Shown piece by piece: positions 26,722 through 38,239 of a DNA stretch of 64,000 bases (position 1 is the first letter of the stretch; every line of letters starts with the position of its first letter). Location: NCBI GenBank assembly GCA_013265495.1, contig MU058016.1, positions 62,001-126,000 on the forward strand. The letters are read 5' to 3'. The translations under genes were made by a program, and so were the position numbers. The stretch is from Vicugna vicugna. Lineage: Eukaryota. The notes under the pieces were generated by a model. It did not search any database and was not told where the DNA came from. It saw nothing but the letters and a program-made list of their open reading frames with translations.

Positions 26722-27959
26722 TCTGGGAAACTAGGTCTCCCTCCCATCTCTGAATGTTCCCTTAAGTCCCTCGGATGCTTTGGCTGGTTCCAGGAGACCC
26801 AGCCAGGAAGTCACAAAAGCACCAGCCTGAGTCTAGAGTAAATGAATGCTACCTAGGAGGCTGAAGGGAGCAGAGAGGGGCTGAGGTGATGCCCAAAGTG
26901 GTTAAGTCAATGTTTTTCTGCTTGAAAACTGTTGAGTTGAAGTGGCATATATGCAAGGCCAGAGAGGACCAGGGGAGATCACAATCTCAGCTGGACCCCA
27001 CTCCTCTCGCCTCCAGCTTCCTTTTAAAAGTTGAGGGAGGCAAAGAAAGAAGGGGGGAGGTGGAGTCAGTGACTGCTCTGAGCCAGGAGACAGTGGGCCA
27101 TGCTGATTCAGGGTGTTTCAACCTCCAGGGAGCATGCGGTTTGGCAACAACTCTGTACTGACATAGAACTTATCTCCAAAATCTATTCCCATTTCAAAAG
27201 AGATTTTGGAAAACCCTCAGACTTCTAGTTGGGTATGGTGAAAATACTATTCAAAGGTAACTATAGAAATGCCGAATTGTTCTTTTATCAAAAGCTATCT
27301 TACATTTCAGTAAAAAAAAAAACAAAAACAAAAAAAACAGGAGTTAGATATGGCTTAAAGGCCTAAAAGGAATACTGTTTCTATTTGGAGACAATATCTA
27401 GTTGCAATTTTCAGAAACTGATCCTGTCATGCATGGGTCTACCTTGCATCTGAGAAAGAGTGCATATTTTAACACATGTGAAGCACAATGCCTTAAGACT
27501 GAAAATTGCCAAGAGGACTCCAAACCCTTTCATTATAACTACTTCTCCAAATATTTAGCCACTCTAACATTAAGCACCTTAAAAATCTATGTAACAGATA
27601 TACACAGGAGATTTTCTTGTTTTATCTTTTTTTTAACTCACAAACATATGTTTTGCCCTTTCTTTTGCTCCATTAACACTCACTACTTTCAGTGCCTAAT
27701 GCTGCAGAGAAAAGAACTATTTTCCTCAGAAATAATCCAAAATAACTATAAAGAATATAAGCTATTCTGGTAAGTATGTGATAACTGGACACTCAAGAGC
27801 CTGGCACCCTCAACCATTTTGCATAAATGCAAATATACAGTTCAGCCTTCCTTTGCCCTCCCCCCTAAAAAAAACTTTTCAATAAAACCATTTCTGAAAA
27901 GAAACAGGAAAAATCAAAGACCTAAGTAAAGGGGAAAATATGCCGTGATTCATTCCTTT

Positions 27960-28860
27960 CACTCTCCCTTTCCCAGAAGATTCAGCCACATCCCTGCTCT
28001 CATAAATCTTTCCAGCTTCCACCCCCAGGGTCAGTCAATTGCCCAGCTTCCGGCTCTCACGGGACTGTTGTGGCCCTGTGTGGCTGCCAGCCTCTGTTGC
28101 CAACTTCACTCTTCCAGGGTTCACGTGCCTTGTCCTCCATGCTCAAATGCCCCCAGGGGTCCCTCTGCTGCCCAAGATACACTCCACAGCCCCGACAGTC
28201 CAGCCACACCTTCCTTTGCAGCTTCATTTCTCTCTACCCTGTCCCCAACACCCTAGGCTTCAGTCCCACTACTGACCCCATTTCTTGAATACACAGAGTA
28301 GTTGTTCGCCTCCGTGCCTATGGTAATATTCTTTCTTCCATCTCCCCGTATCCAAATCCTAAACACACTTCAAAACAAGGCAGAGGCCAACAGGTGGGCG
28401 CACCCTCAAATTGCTGCCACTCAGCCTACCTGCATCCGCACCGCGCTGTCTCCTCCACTTGCAACCAGAAAGGGACGCCTCTTCTGCCGACGCTGCCATT
28501 TCCCTGGTCTCTGGGACCCGCCCCGACCCGTGGCCTTGGGAATTTCATCCCATAAATCACCCACCTGTTCTCCTTTAACTTCAACGTCTCCCTCTCTACA
28601 GGCTCTGACTCGTCAACCCACTCAGGTGATATCCATTAAAGAAAAAAACCTGCCCATAATCCCATCCCAACGTGGTTCTCAGGCTCTCACCACCACTTTC
28701 TTTCATCCCCTGTGTAGGACCAAACTGCTTGGCCACTTTCCCTGTCCTCACCTCCTCTTTCCACGCACCCCTCACTCGCTGCATTCCGACAGCATCCCTC
28801 CACTCCTGATGCCGTTTCGTGAAATGTATTGACACCTACTACATCCAGATTACATATGCC
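27960..28860 (+). mobile_element. L2-derived fragments, unusually CpG-rich in part
   Basis: ctccatgctcaaatgcccccaggggtccctctgctgcccaagat...; tgtcctcacctcctctttccacgcaccctcactcgctgcattcc. Confidence 0.5.
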
Positions 28861-28989
28861 TAGCACTGGGAGAGGATAGGAGAAATCAGGCATAAGCTGA
28901 GTCAGAAGTTCAAAGCGATAGCTAAATTCAGCCACGAGCTATACCTTACTTGGCCAGTGTTGCGCTTTTCTAAAAGCGAGTTATTCGCC

Positions 28990-29229
28990 AAAAATTCAAG
29001 ATTCTAGACATTTCACTTAAAAGTCTAGAGTTTTGGCTTCTATTAAAGAATCTAGACACATTGGCAACCCTGCTTCTTTCACTGCATGACGATTATCAGC
29101 TGGAACTGAGAAGCAGCTGCCCCTCAAACAGGCACTGGCTCCCTCCTTCACCACGGGCCCCCATCAAACCCTCTTTGCTCATTTTCTTTACTTTGATGGC
29201 CCCTGTTGGCAATGGAGTTTGAACACCTG
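28990..29229. mobile_element. MER102-like hAT MITE
   Basis: ttggcaaccctg...cagctggaactgagaagcagctgcccc...ggcccctgttggcaatggagtttgaacacctg terminus. Confidence 0.65.
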
Positions 29230-29237
29230 CTCTAGAT

Positions 29238-29560
29238 CAGTGCTGGCCAATAGAAATAAAACTGTGAGTCACATACATAATTTTAAAATTTCTAGCAGCC
29301 ACACTTTTTTGAAATGAAAAGGAATGGGTGAAATTAACTTGAATAATATATTTTATTTAATCCAATATATCCACCATACTATTTCAGCATGCAAGCAATA
29401 TAAAAATTAGTAACGAGATATTTTACTTTCTTTTCTTTAAATTAAGGCTTTAAAACCTGGTGTGTGTTTTACACTTTCCAAACATCTCAACTTGAACCAG
29501 CCACCTTTCCAGGGCTCAGTAGCCACATGTGGCTAGTGGCTGTCATAAGGGCCAGCATAG
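29238..29560. mobile_element. MER33-like hAT-Charlie MITE, full length with 8-bp TSD
   Basis: cagtgctggccaatagaaat...tagccacatgtggctagtggct...gggccagcatag; TSD ctctagat (29230-29237) / ctccagat (29561-29568). Confidence 0.85.
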
Positions 29561-32500
29561 CTCCAGATGCTAAATGGTTAGTTACAAAAATCGTCTTGCA
29601 AGCAGAGACAGAAAGAATATTATGGAGGAAGGAAAGCAGGCAGGACTAAGGGAGAGGGTGATGCCGTCAAAGAGTAGGCACAGTGAGAGTTTTGAAAACA
29701 GGAGAAGAGGAAGTAGGGACACAGAGACAATGAACAGCGCTGTTCAATGCACCACAGGAAGGAACGCCCTCTATAGGAAACTGCAGTTGACGGGCAACGC
29801 AGATCTTCTGAAAGAGGCTTTGGTGTTCTGTGAATAAGCTCAGCATCAGACAAGTAGTCACTATGAAAAGCAACTCGCTGACTGCCTGACCACGGTAGTG
29901 AGGGCAGGATTCTTCATTAAGATTGGGATTTTCATCTAGTTTAAGGAGATGGGTTTGAGGAGAAGGCCAATGAAGTAGGCAGAAAAGTATCTTGAGGTAA
30001 AATCCAAGCAGAGTTCAAGACTCAGAGATTATAAGTGAGTGAGGATATGTCAACAGTTGTCGGGAATCCAGGTGTGGGGGTGCAATATCAGAAGCCAGAC
30101 AAGGAGATTTGGGGGCAAAAATAGATACCTGAAGTCAGAGACCAGCACCAAGAAATGCATCCCTGAGCCAGAGACTGCAGAAGTAGAAATCACTCCCCCA
30201 TGCCCAATGTGACCACAGGTGACTATCTAGGTAGGCATCATGTCCTCCCTTCATGCCCTCAGACATGTACCAGAACTAAAGTATAAGCTGAGAAAAGCCA
30301 AGCCAGTAGCTGGCAGAAGAGGGGAACATCAAATACATTTGCCAGGCTTAAAAGCACTTGGAAACAAGAAGGCAAGCACATCATCACACAACCATAAAGT
30401 GATTTTGAAACTTTTCCAAAAGAATTCATCTGTGAACAGCGTTAGCCCATTCATTCACCCCTTCATTCATTCAGCAACATTTATCAAGTAGTCTTTTCCT
30501 GAACCTTTTTACAATGCTGATTAAATAGGTCAACTGTACTAAGGCTTGCCAAATTCTACTCTAGCAGTGCAAAATAGGGTGAGACTGCTAATACTGAAGG
30601 GGCTCCTCTGAATAAAACCCATGGGATTAGGAGGATGCATTGACCCTCAAATGTCCAGAATTCCACTTGCCTATCATGTGAGGTAATTTTCCAGACTGGC
30701 TAGGACCAAAGAGTATGGGAAGTGAGGCTGGGATAAAATAAATAAAATAAAATTGTTCTCTCAAGAAGGTAGTATGTAGGACTTTAAAATCTCATTATAT
30801 TGAAAATACAGTTTTTCATGTTGCTTGCTCTCAGACTAGTATTAAATATGAATATTTGGAAACATTGGGGAAATTGTGGCTTGTTATTTTACTAATAAAT
30901 TTTTTCTAATGATAAGAAACTTTGTATACTTTGGAGAGGGAAATCTATTTGCATGCAATCTTGAATTGTTGAGGTATAATGATCATTTTCCACACCTGAC
31001 TTATAAAAAGCAATGTAAATTAGAAGAAAAGGTTGACAATGACAAAGAAATCAAGACAGCACATAAAGTTAACGAGGCAGGAAAAAAAAAGATATTTTCA
31101 ATGGTAGCAACAAATCAAAATTCACACAGACAGTAAAGATTATTTGGCCAGTGAACAAATGACTTGAGGAAGAGTGTCTCATACCTTTCAATAATTAACT
31201 TTATAAAAAGATAAGCTTATCATAAATAGCATGCTTTACACTGTAATTTTATGAAAACAAGCAAGCTTATCTAATGCAAGTTCTAGGACAACATCTATTT
31301 CATTCACATGAAACAAACCAAAATAAATAAATAAATAAAGAGCCAGTATTCAAGCAATGACCCTCGGCTATCAAGAAAGGGTTTTATTTAGGATGCTTGG
31401 TTTATTGAGGCAGGAAGATAGTTTGTATTTGTATTAAGTTTTAAGCAAAATTTAAAAAGCAAAAACAAAAAATTTTTAGATTTCAAAAAATTAATTTCTG
31501 CTTATCTAAAACAGATGTCCTCTATAATACTATAAATAATTATCATTTAACTAAAAAATATATGATCCTAACTTATGAATCTGCAGATTTTGTCGATGCT
31601 TACAATGTTATCTACACATATGTTCTTTACTCTTCATCAATCTAGAGTTGGTAAAGTTCGATAATCATTATGAGTGCAGAAACTATACTACATGTTTCCT
31701 TGAGGGTATCAAAGATGTATTATTAACCTTTAATTTTGTGAAATCATCTCATATTTCCAAACAATGGTGCAAAAAAAGGGGGGGACTATTCGTCCTGTTT
31801 TTATGAATCCATTAATCTTATTTTATCCCTCAAAGTATTTATTCACTTTTTCATGACAATGTGCACATACTTGCCAATAGTAATGTAAGATTTTTTTCAT
31901 TATGATGTGAAGCTGTGATGTCACCAGTACTGCTTGGGTTAATTGGGGGCTACTTTTGCCATCACTGCAAGGAAAATAATTTACATCTTAAATGAAAAGG
32001 ACGAGCAAAGCCCTTGTAAATTTTTTTCAACAGACACTTACTTGAAATGATGGCAGCTGCAAAATTTTAATATACTGTTCAGCAATTGTAATAGCACAGC
32101 AATTGCTAGTGTTGACTGAGATATGTTTCAAGTTATCCTTATACAATATCTACGCAATAACACTTGCACTTATACAAGATTCATGGCTCTACTCAAACCT
32201 GATAGTAATTAAAGGTTACAGGAAACCATTCCACTCCTAAGTAAACCTATCACTGTTTACACCCTTTTCTCTGGGATAACTTGAAGATCCCAATATTTTC
32301 CAAGAAGGCAATCACACATCAAACTTTACACCCTGCTCCAAAATGTTCTAAGATCTCATCCTCACTCTTTCACTTTGAAAAAGCTACTAACACTTCTTTT
32401 AGGAACTTATTTTTTTAGATTATTAGGGTTTTTTTTAATGGGTTTAGTTACTTACATTAGGATTTTTTTTTAATATTTGCTTTCCCCAAGACAATTATGT

Positions 32501-34329
32501 GCCTTGAAGTAATACTAAAGACACCTGAAAAACAGCAAAACTTATCCAAATCACATTTTAATAGTTTTCAAAAATATAGGCTTTCTTTAAAGGTCAGATA
32601 ATTAATAAAGCAAGATTTACTTCATGTATAGACAATCTTAGAAAACATTATCCACTTTTTGTTTGGGCTTTTATATACATTTTAGGAATTTTACCCCAAT
32701 GAATGAATATTCCTCTTACTATGTTTTGAAACAGTTCTAGCATATCCTGAATATTTTACCCATTTTTTTCAAAAGCATTTTTATTACTCTATGAAAGCAA
32801 CTTTAACAAAATGAATTTGAAAAAAACAAAGGTTTAAAATTCATAAACACTACACACTTTCAATAAATGCTAAAAAATATGCAACATATTCATTCCTCAC
32901 TCTTTATCTTAAAATACAGACTTTCTGATTCTAGCAAAGTATAATTTTAGTAACTCATCAAGACAGAATACATAAAATTGGCATCTTTTTGATATGCACA
33001 CAAATTGAGAAAGCATCTTTCCCAACTGTGTTGCAGAAAATGAAATGCATCTGGTATGACAATATGGCCCAGCATGTGAACTAGAATCAGTGGGAAGAAA
33101 GGGGTTTCTTTTTTCCTTTTTTTTTCAAAGCAGAGCATTTTAAAGAATGCACATGCCCACAATGGCAAGGCATTATTAAGTCTGTTAAAGTGTGTTTCAA
33201 AGGTATATTTGGCTAAAGAAAACATCTTAGCGAGAGGGCTGATGGGGGCACGGGAGGTAGACTGGTTTGTTTGGTTGTAATCATTATACATCAGTAACTT
33301 CCAAATCTCTTTCCCTAGCAGTCCAAAATGTTTTTTTACTTTTGCTTAATATCTCCACCCAGTGTCAGAGTGTGTGCACATATGTTGTTGGGGCCTCCTG
33401 CTGGGGTGGGGGGGTGGAGACGTGGGGAGAGTGTTGGAGAATATGGCTGATGCCAGGATCCAGCAGAGAACAAAAGAGAAATTGAGCAACTTGCCTTATT
33501 TTGCAATGAATTTTCTCTCTTTCTTGAAAGAAAGTTCTTTTTATCTAGGCAATCTGAAGATGGATTTAATGCGTTCAGTGTCGTTTCTTTTATGTGTTCC
33601 CATCTGTGCCTGTGAACTGTGAATAAAACTGAAATATGCATGTGCTTCAGGCTCCCTCCCCATGCCCAGGTCTCTTCAGAGATGAGGTGCTGGGAGAGCC
33701 AGGAAATACCTCTGAGACATGCAGGAAGCTCAGAAGGGCGCTGCGGAGTTAAGCCTACACCCAGACACCTACACTTAGTGAGTCCTCTCCCAGTTCCTGG
33801 TTCCAACTTCATTTCTTCCTTCTCCCCATTTAGAGTGGTAAGCAAGTTGGGCATAGAGGTCTTTAGAGGACTGAGGAATCCTCTCTTCTGCACTGGTGAG
33901 AAAGTGCTGGTTACAGAGAAAACTGACTACCTCTCAGGGAACAAGGCTCCATGATGAGTAGTAAGTAGATGCAGGGAATCAACAATAAAGCCTCAGGGCT
34001 TATTTTCCTGCCTACACTCCACCTTTTGTCTATTCTTTGAAAGATATTTTGGCTTTTTTATTCCCCCTGTGACTTCCTTGGAATGCTGGTTCTTTATAAT
34101 GAAAAACTTCTTTAGAACTACAAGTGGTATGATTAGTAATGTCATTTGTAAATATGACATAAAAGACATGCAACAATGCATTACAGAGAACAAAGAACAA
34201 ATTAATTCAGCTAATCCATCATAGAACTGATCCTAGGAATCCAGAATATATGTAAACTTGCAAGTATTCATTAATAGCACTCAAGTTGTCTCAGAAATGT
34301 AAAAAGTTCTAAAAGTTGTTAGACACAGC

Positions 34330-34540
34330 TGTAGTGATGGAAAAACATTACAGAGAATGACAAAACCTCTCTCTGTCATATGTTCACCATGTGACCTTGG
34401 GAAGATTATCTAATTTCTTTGAGCACTGATTTCCTAATCTATAAAATGGCAACAAGAACTTCTATCATATAGGACTGCTGTGAGGATTAAATCACATATG
34501 AAGGGCCCAACTTATAGTGAAGGCACACACAATAATGTTT
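34330..34540 (+). mobile_element. MIR SINE
   Basis: atgtgaccttgggaag...tttcctaatctataaaatgg...ggactgctgtgaggattaaat. Confidence 0.7.
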
Positions 34541-36167
34541 GTTTAGTATCTTCTCAAGATGAATTTTGGTCTTTTGTAGACAAAAATTCATAATTACATA
34601 GCAGTATTTTTTAAGTAGAGATTGATAGTATCTGAAAATGTTTTGGTAAAAATGAAAATAAAGATGAATTCTGAGTCTTCTCTTTTAGCTTTGAAAATAT
34701 CTTGGTTCAGTGAACTGCAAGGTCATTTAGGAAGTTTAACATCTGTAGCAATATATTTACCTTCCAAAATAATTCAATTATTATGTTTTACTATTCTTGA
34801 TCCTAAAAGTTAATAAAAACAAATGTAAACAGGTACCCTAACTCTAAAAGTCTTATACATTATGATTATATATACACTCAAAAATAAATACTTTAAAACA
34901 TTGTATTCTTCTACACTGAATTTAAAGCATCCTTTTAAAATCATTTTTTACCTTACTTTTGGAACCAGAACAGGAGTTCTATTCAATGCTCTTTCAAGAT
35001 AAAAGGAAAGGTAGGTTTATTTAGGCTTTTTATCACTATTATCTCTGCCTACTCTTCTGAGAATAACTGAAAACTTTTTCTAGAGCATCAGTAATATCAG
35101 ATTACTGCAAGCAATTGTGTTTATTAAACAACAAAACATACTAGTATTCTGGTTTATTTTCTGAAATTATACTAGTAAATTAGCCAATAAACTATAAAAA
35201 TTTTCAAGTGAAAGCTCACCTACTCCTATCACTTAGCATTGATTTTTGTGAACCAACTTTTAATCTAATTGAAGTTTTAATGTATATGTCATTAATCTGA
35301 CAATTAATCAGAGTCAAAATAATGAGAATTTAAATAAACCAAGATGTATTGGACGAAGAGAGTTCTTTAGGTCCCTGGCATAATGGAAGTTTCAAGATAT
35401 TTCATTAACACGATTTCATAAACACCTACAGAAGGAGAACATCGCCTCTACAAAACCCCACAAAACCGAAGGAATAAAAGCAGTAGCTCAGTGGAACGCT
35501 TTACAGATTCTACAAGTACTTTTTTACTTGACTCTTGCCTGACCAACGAGTCAACATGATGGATAAAACAGAGTAATTTAAACGCAACTGCTTCAGATGG
35601 CTATTAAAACTTAGGCCACAGAAATATCTGTTCAACCAACTCGGAAGAGACGCTCAAGCTGCCCACTTGTTGGGCAGCGATCCACTGGCAGCAGGAAGTT
35701 TTGAAAAGGGAGTGCGGGAAGATGAGCAGACTTCTACTTAAAGGGTTTCCCCAAGACAGGACCTCATGTTTGCCATTAACTCACCTCTCCGCATTTCTGG
35801 GTTTTTTTCCCTGCAATTTGCTGGGCTTGTTTTGACTTTTGACAAGGTGAGACTTAGCTGGACAGTCCTTTTAGGAGACCTCCACTTTAAGTCTTTCTTC
35901 CTCTCCTATTCGGCTACCATTAATACTTCCACTTTCATTGGCAACTATAAAGCTACCCAAACAGCTTCTCGCAGTATTATTTCCGTCAAAAGTAAAGTCA
36001 GAGTGCAAGTCAGAACTCTACTCAGCAGGGGCGGGACGTTTTCTTTTCACTGTTTTATCTACTTGGTAGCACCCCTATCCCCGTGCAACTCCCGGGGTCG
36101 AGGTTACCCAAAGCGGGGGGCGTGGCCCTGCACACCTAGACTCCAGCCGCGCCCACCTGTCACTCAC

Positions 36168-36890
36168 CCGGGTACTGCCTAGCTCCTCGCCCTTGTCCGG
36201 GGTCCGCGGCTCTCCTGGGCTCAATGCTGGCTCTGCCGGAGGAGGCGGCGGCTCCAGAAGCTGCTCCAAGCTGGCGGTGCCCGGCAGGGAGGAACTCTTC
36301 TGATGGCACAGGTGCGCCGCGGGGCCCCGACGCCATGCATCCTCATCGCGGGCGCGGTCCCCTCTCGGGGGCGGCTGGGGCGAGGAGGACAAGGAAGATG
36401 AGGCAGAGGACGAAGAAGGAGCTGAGTCCGGCGAGCGTCCGCCAGGAGGCGTCACTCTGGCTGCTCCCGCCGCTGCCACCGGCCCCTTTCCCGCGGGAAG
36501 CAAATGCTCGCGGATCCGGCGACGCAGCGTGGACCCCTGCTCGGCTCTGCCAGCGCTGCCGGGCTCGAGAGGCTCCGGCGAAGAGCAGCACAGGTTGGGC
36601 TGAGAGGAGGAGAAGACGCGGTCCAGCACTAGCTTCCGTTTCTTGAAGCCGCTCCACCTGCTTCCCGCGCCACCCAAGCCGGCCAGTGCGTCCCGCCTGC
36701 CCCCCGGGGGTGGCGGGGAAGGCGATGGGGTGCCCGCAGTGCGGCGCTCGGGGCCCCCAGCGCGCCCGCTCCCGCCGCCCTTGCCCTTACCCACCCCTAG
36801 CTGCAGGTTCTTCCAGAGCCGGGCCTGGAAGGAGGAGGAGGACGCCGCCGCAGGCTCGGGCGAGCCCGCCGCGGCAGTCCGGGGCTCCAT
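36168..36890 (-). CDS. MCTP1: MCTP1 (multiple C2 and transmembrane domain-containing 1), first coding exon of the long isoform; 241 codons, phase-0 donor
   Basis: Translation MEPRTAAAGSPEPAAASSSSFQARLWKNLQLGVG...SRWSGFKKRKLVLDRVFSSSQPNLCCSSPEPLEPG...HLCHQKSSSLPGT...GEELGSTR matches my recollection of the human MCTP1 N-terminus. ATG (cat 36888-36890) has strong Kozak context AGGATGG. The exon ends at CGG|GTGAGT (actcac 36162-36167); 723 nt is divisible by 3. Confidence 0.96.
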
Positions 36891-37170
36891 CCTCCACCCC
36901 CTGCTCCTCCACCCCCTGCTCCTCCTCTCCCCTCCTCCTCCTTCTCCTCCGCCCTTTCCTGCTGCGCCTCCTCCCGGAGCCCCGCGGTGGCCGCGAGGAC
37001 GGCGGACGCAGCAGCAGAAGCCGGGAGTGCCTGGCGGCTTCAGGCCAGAGCGGGGAGTAGACGCCGCCGCCGCCGCCGCCGAGGCTCTCCGGCCGCGGGA
37101 CTCCGGCGCCGCCTCTTCCTCCCGCACCTGCCGGGGTGGACTGACTCTGTGGCCGAATCTCGGCCACAGC
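36891..37170 (-). other. MCTP1: Probable 5' UTR part of MCTP1 exon 1 (TSS cannot be determined from sequence)
   Basis: GGA/GGC-rich leader directly upstream of the ATG inside the CpG island; no upstream in-frame ATG. Confidence 0.5.
37063..37081. repeat. (GCC)6 run, read as CGG/GGC on the MCTP1 strand
   Basis: acgccgccgccgccgccgccgag at 37061-37083. Confidence 0.9.
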
Positions 37171-38239
37171 AAAGTTTCTAGCTCGGAGCTCCGCGGCTCC
37201 AGCCCACTGGAGTCCCCCAGGCCGCGCCCTGCTTCCCTCTCCTCGCAGGCTCCGGGCTCGGGAAAGCTACACGCTCCCGGGAGTGCGCGTCCAGCTGCGC
37301 CAGGGACCGCACACGACGTCTCCCGGGCAGCACCTGTCAGCGGCGGGGGCGGCTACCTCCGAACAGGGAGCGCACGACTCACACAACTGGGAGGATCGGG
37401 CTGAAGACAGAACCAGCAGCCCCGCGGGAGCGCCCCTGGACCATCCTCCAGCTCCTGGGTGGAGCTAGGTAGGGACCAAAGCCAGCTTGCTCCCCAGGAT
37501 CCGGCCACAGTTCCCCACGCAGCTCGCTCTAAGTCGGCCGCTGGACACGCCCGCTGGCGATCTTCTGATTCCGATGAAAGTGAGGTAGAGTGGAGATTAT
37601 GCGCCTTCAGTGGGTCCTGTGGAACACCCAGTGTCCGCACCGAGAGGTGAACCCGACCGAGTTCTGAGGCTGAACGCGGCTGTCCCCACTCCGCTGAGCG
37701 CCCTGTGTCCAAGACCAGAGTTTGATTTCTTCTGTCTTGACTTCGTCCGTATCCGCCACTCCCTGCTCTTTTTTTGCTTGTGCCGTTAGTTTCTCTTGAG
37801 ATCAAGGTCTAGAGGTTTCAGGAATGTGACAATAAAGCCAGCCCTAAAGTTGCAGGGAGTTTAACGTGGACGAAGACGTGGAGGATGCGCACTGCCTTTG
37901 ACCCCATTCCAAATGCCGAGAATCTTGTTCTTTTCACTTAAGTGCATTTTCCTTTGGTTACTTCATTTGCTTCGTTGCAAAGCAAATGGGAAAGGCTTTT
38001 TAGTTTACGTTGTTTCTACCAAAATCTACTGCTCCAGGGGTCTTCTGATTCTACCGAGAGCCTCTAGAAAGACACGTGACAGTGTCCCTTCACTCCTCCA
38101 CTGCTTCCGCACCTAGAAAGGTGGAAAACTCGGAAGAGCTTTGACACCGCACTGTCAGATTCCAGTCTCATCTAGCTAGCACTATGCACTGGACGTGTCA
38201 CCAACCTCTTTAAGCGTTCTGTTCGTCTGTTTTCCTTAC

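Larger units (their letters stand above)
1..36167 (-). other. MCTP1: MCTP1 intron 1 (continues beyond window start)
   Basis: Begins with GTGAGT donor at 36167; no C2-domain-coding exon recognised in 1-36167. Confidence 0.8.
36020..37770. promoter_or_regulatory. MCTP1: CpG island / TATA-less promoter of MCTP1
   Basis: Abrupt switch to very high GC and dense CpG against AT-rich, CpG-depleted flanks. Contains EGR1 consensus GCGGGGGCG (37343-37351) overlapping an Sp1 GC box, E-boxes CAGCTG (37292-37297) and CACCTG (37331-37336), and KLF/Sp GGGGCGTGG (36117-36125). Confidence 0.9.

Noticed and set aside
36075..36167. C-terminal part of the 365-aa ORF (VSDRWARLES...)
   Set aside because: Read-through into intron 1 beyond the canonical GTGAGT donor.
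36643..37404. 253-aa + strand ORF and other ORFs overlapping the CpG island (36224-36646, 36343-36657, 36686-37060, 36787-37167, 37353-37805)
   Set aside because: Shadow ORFs of very GC-rich, stop-poor sequence; low-complexity P/A/G/R products with no recognisable family.
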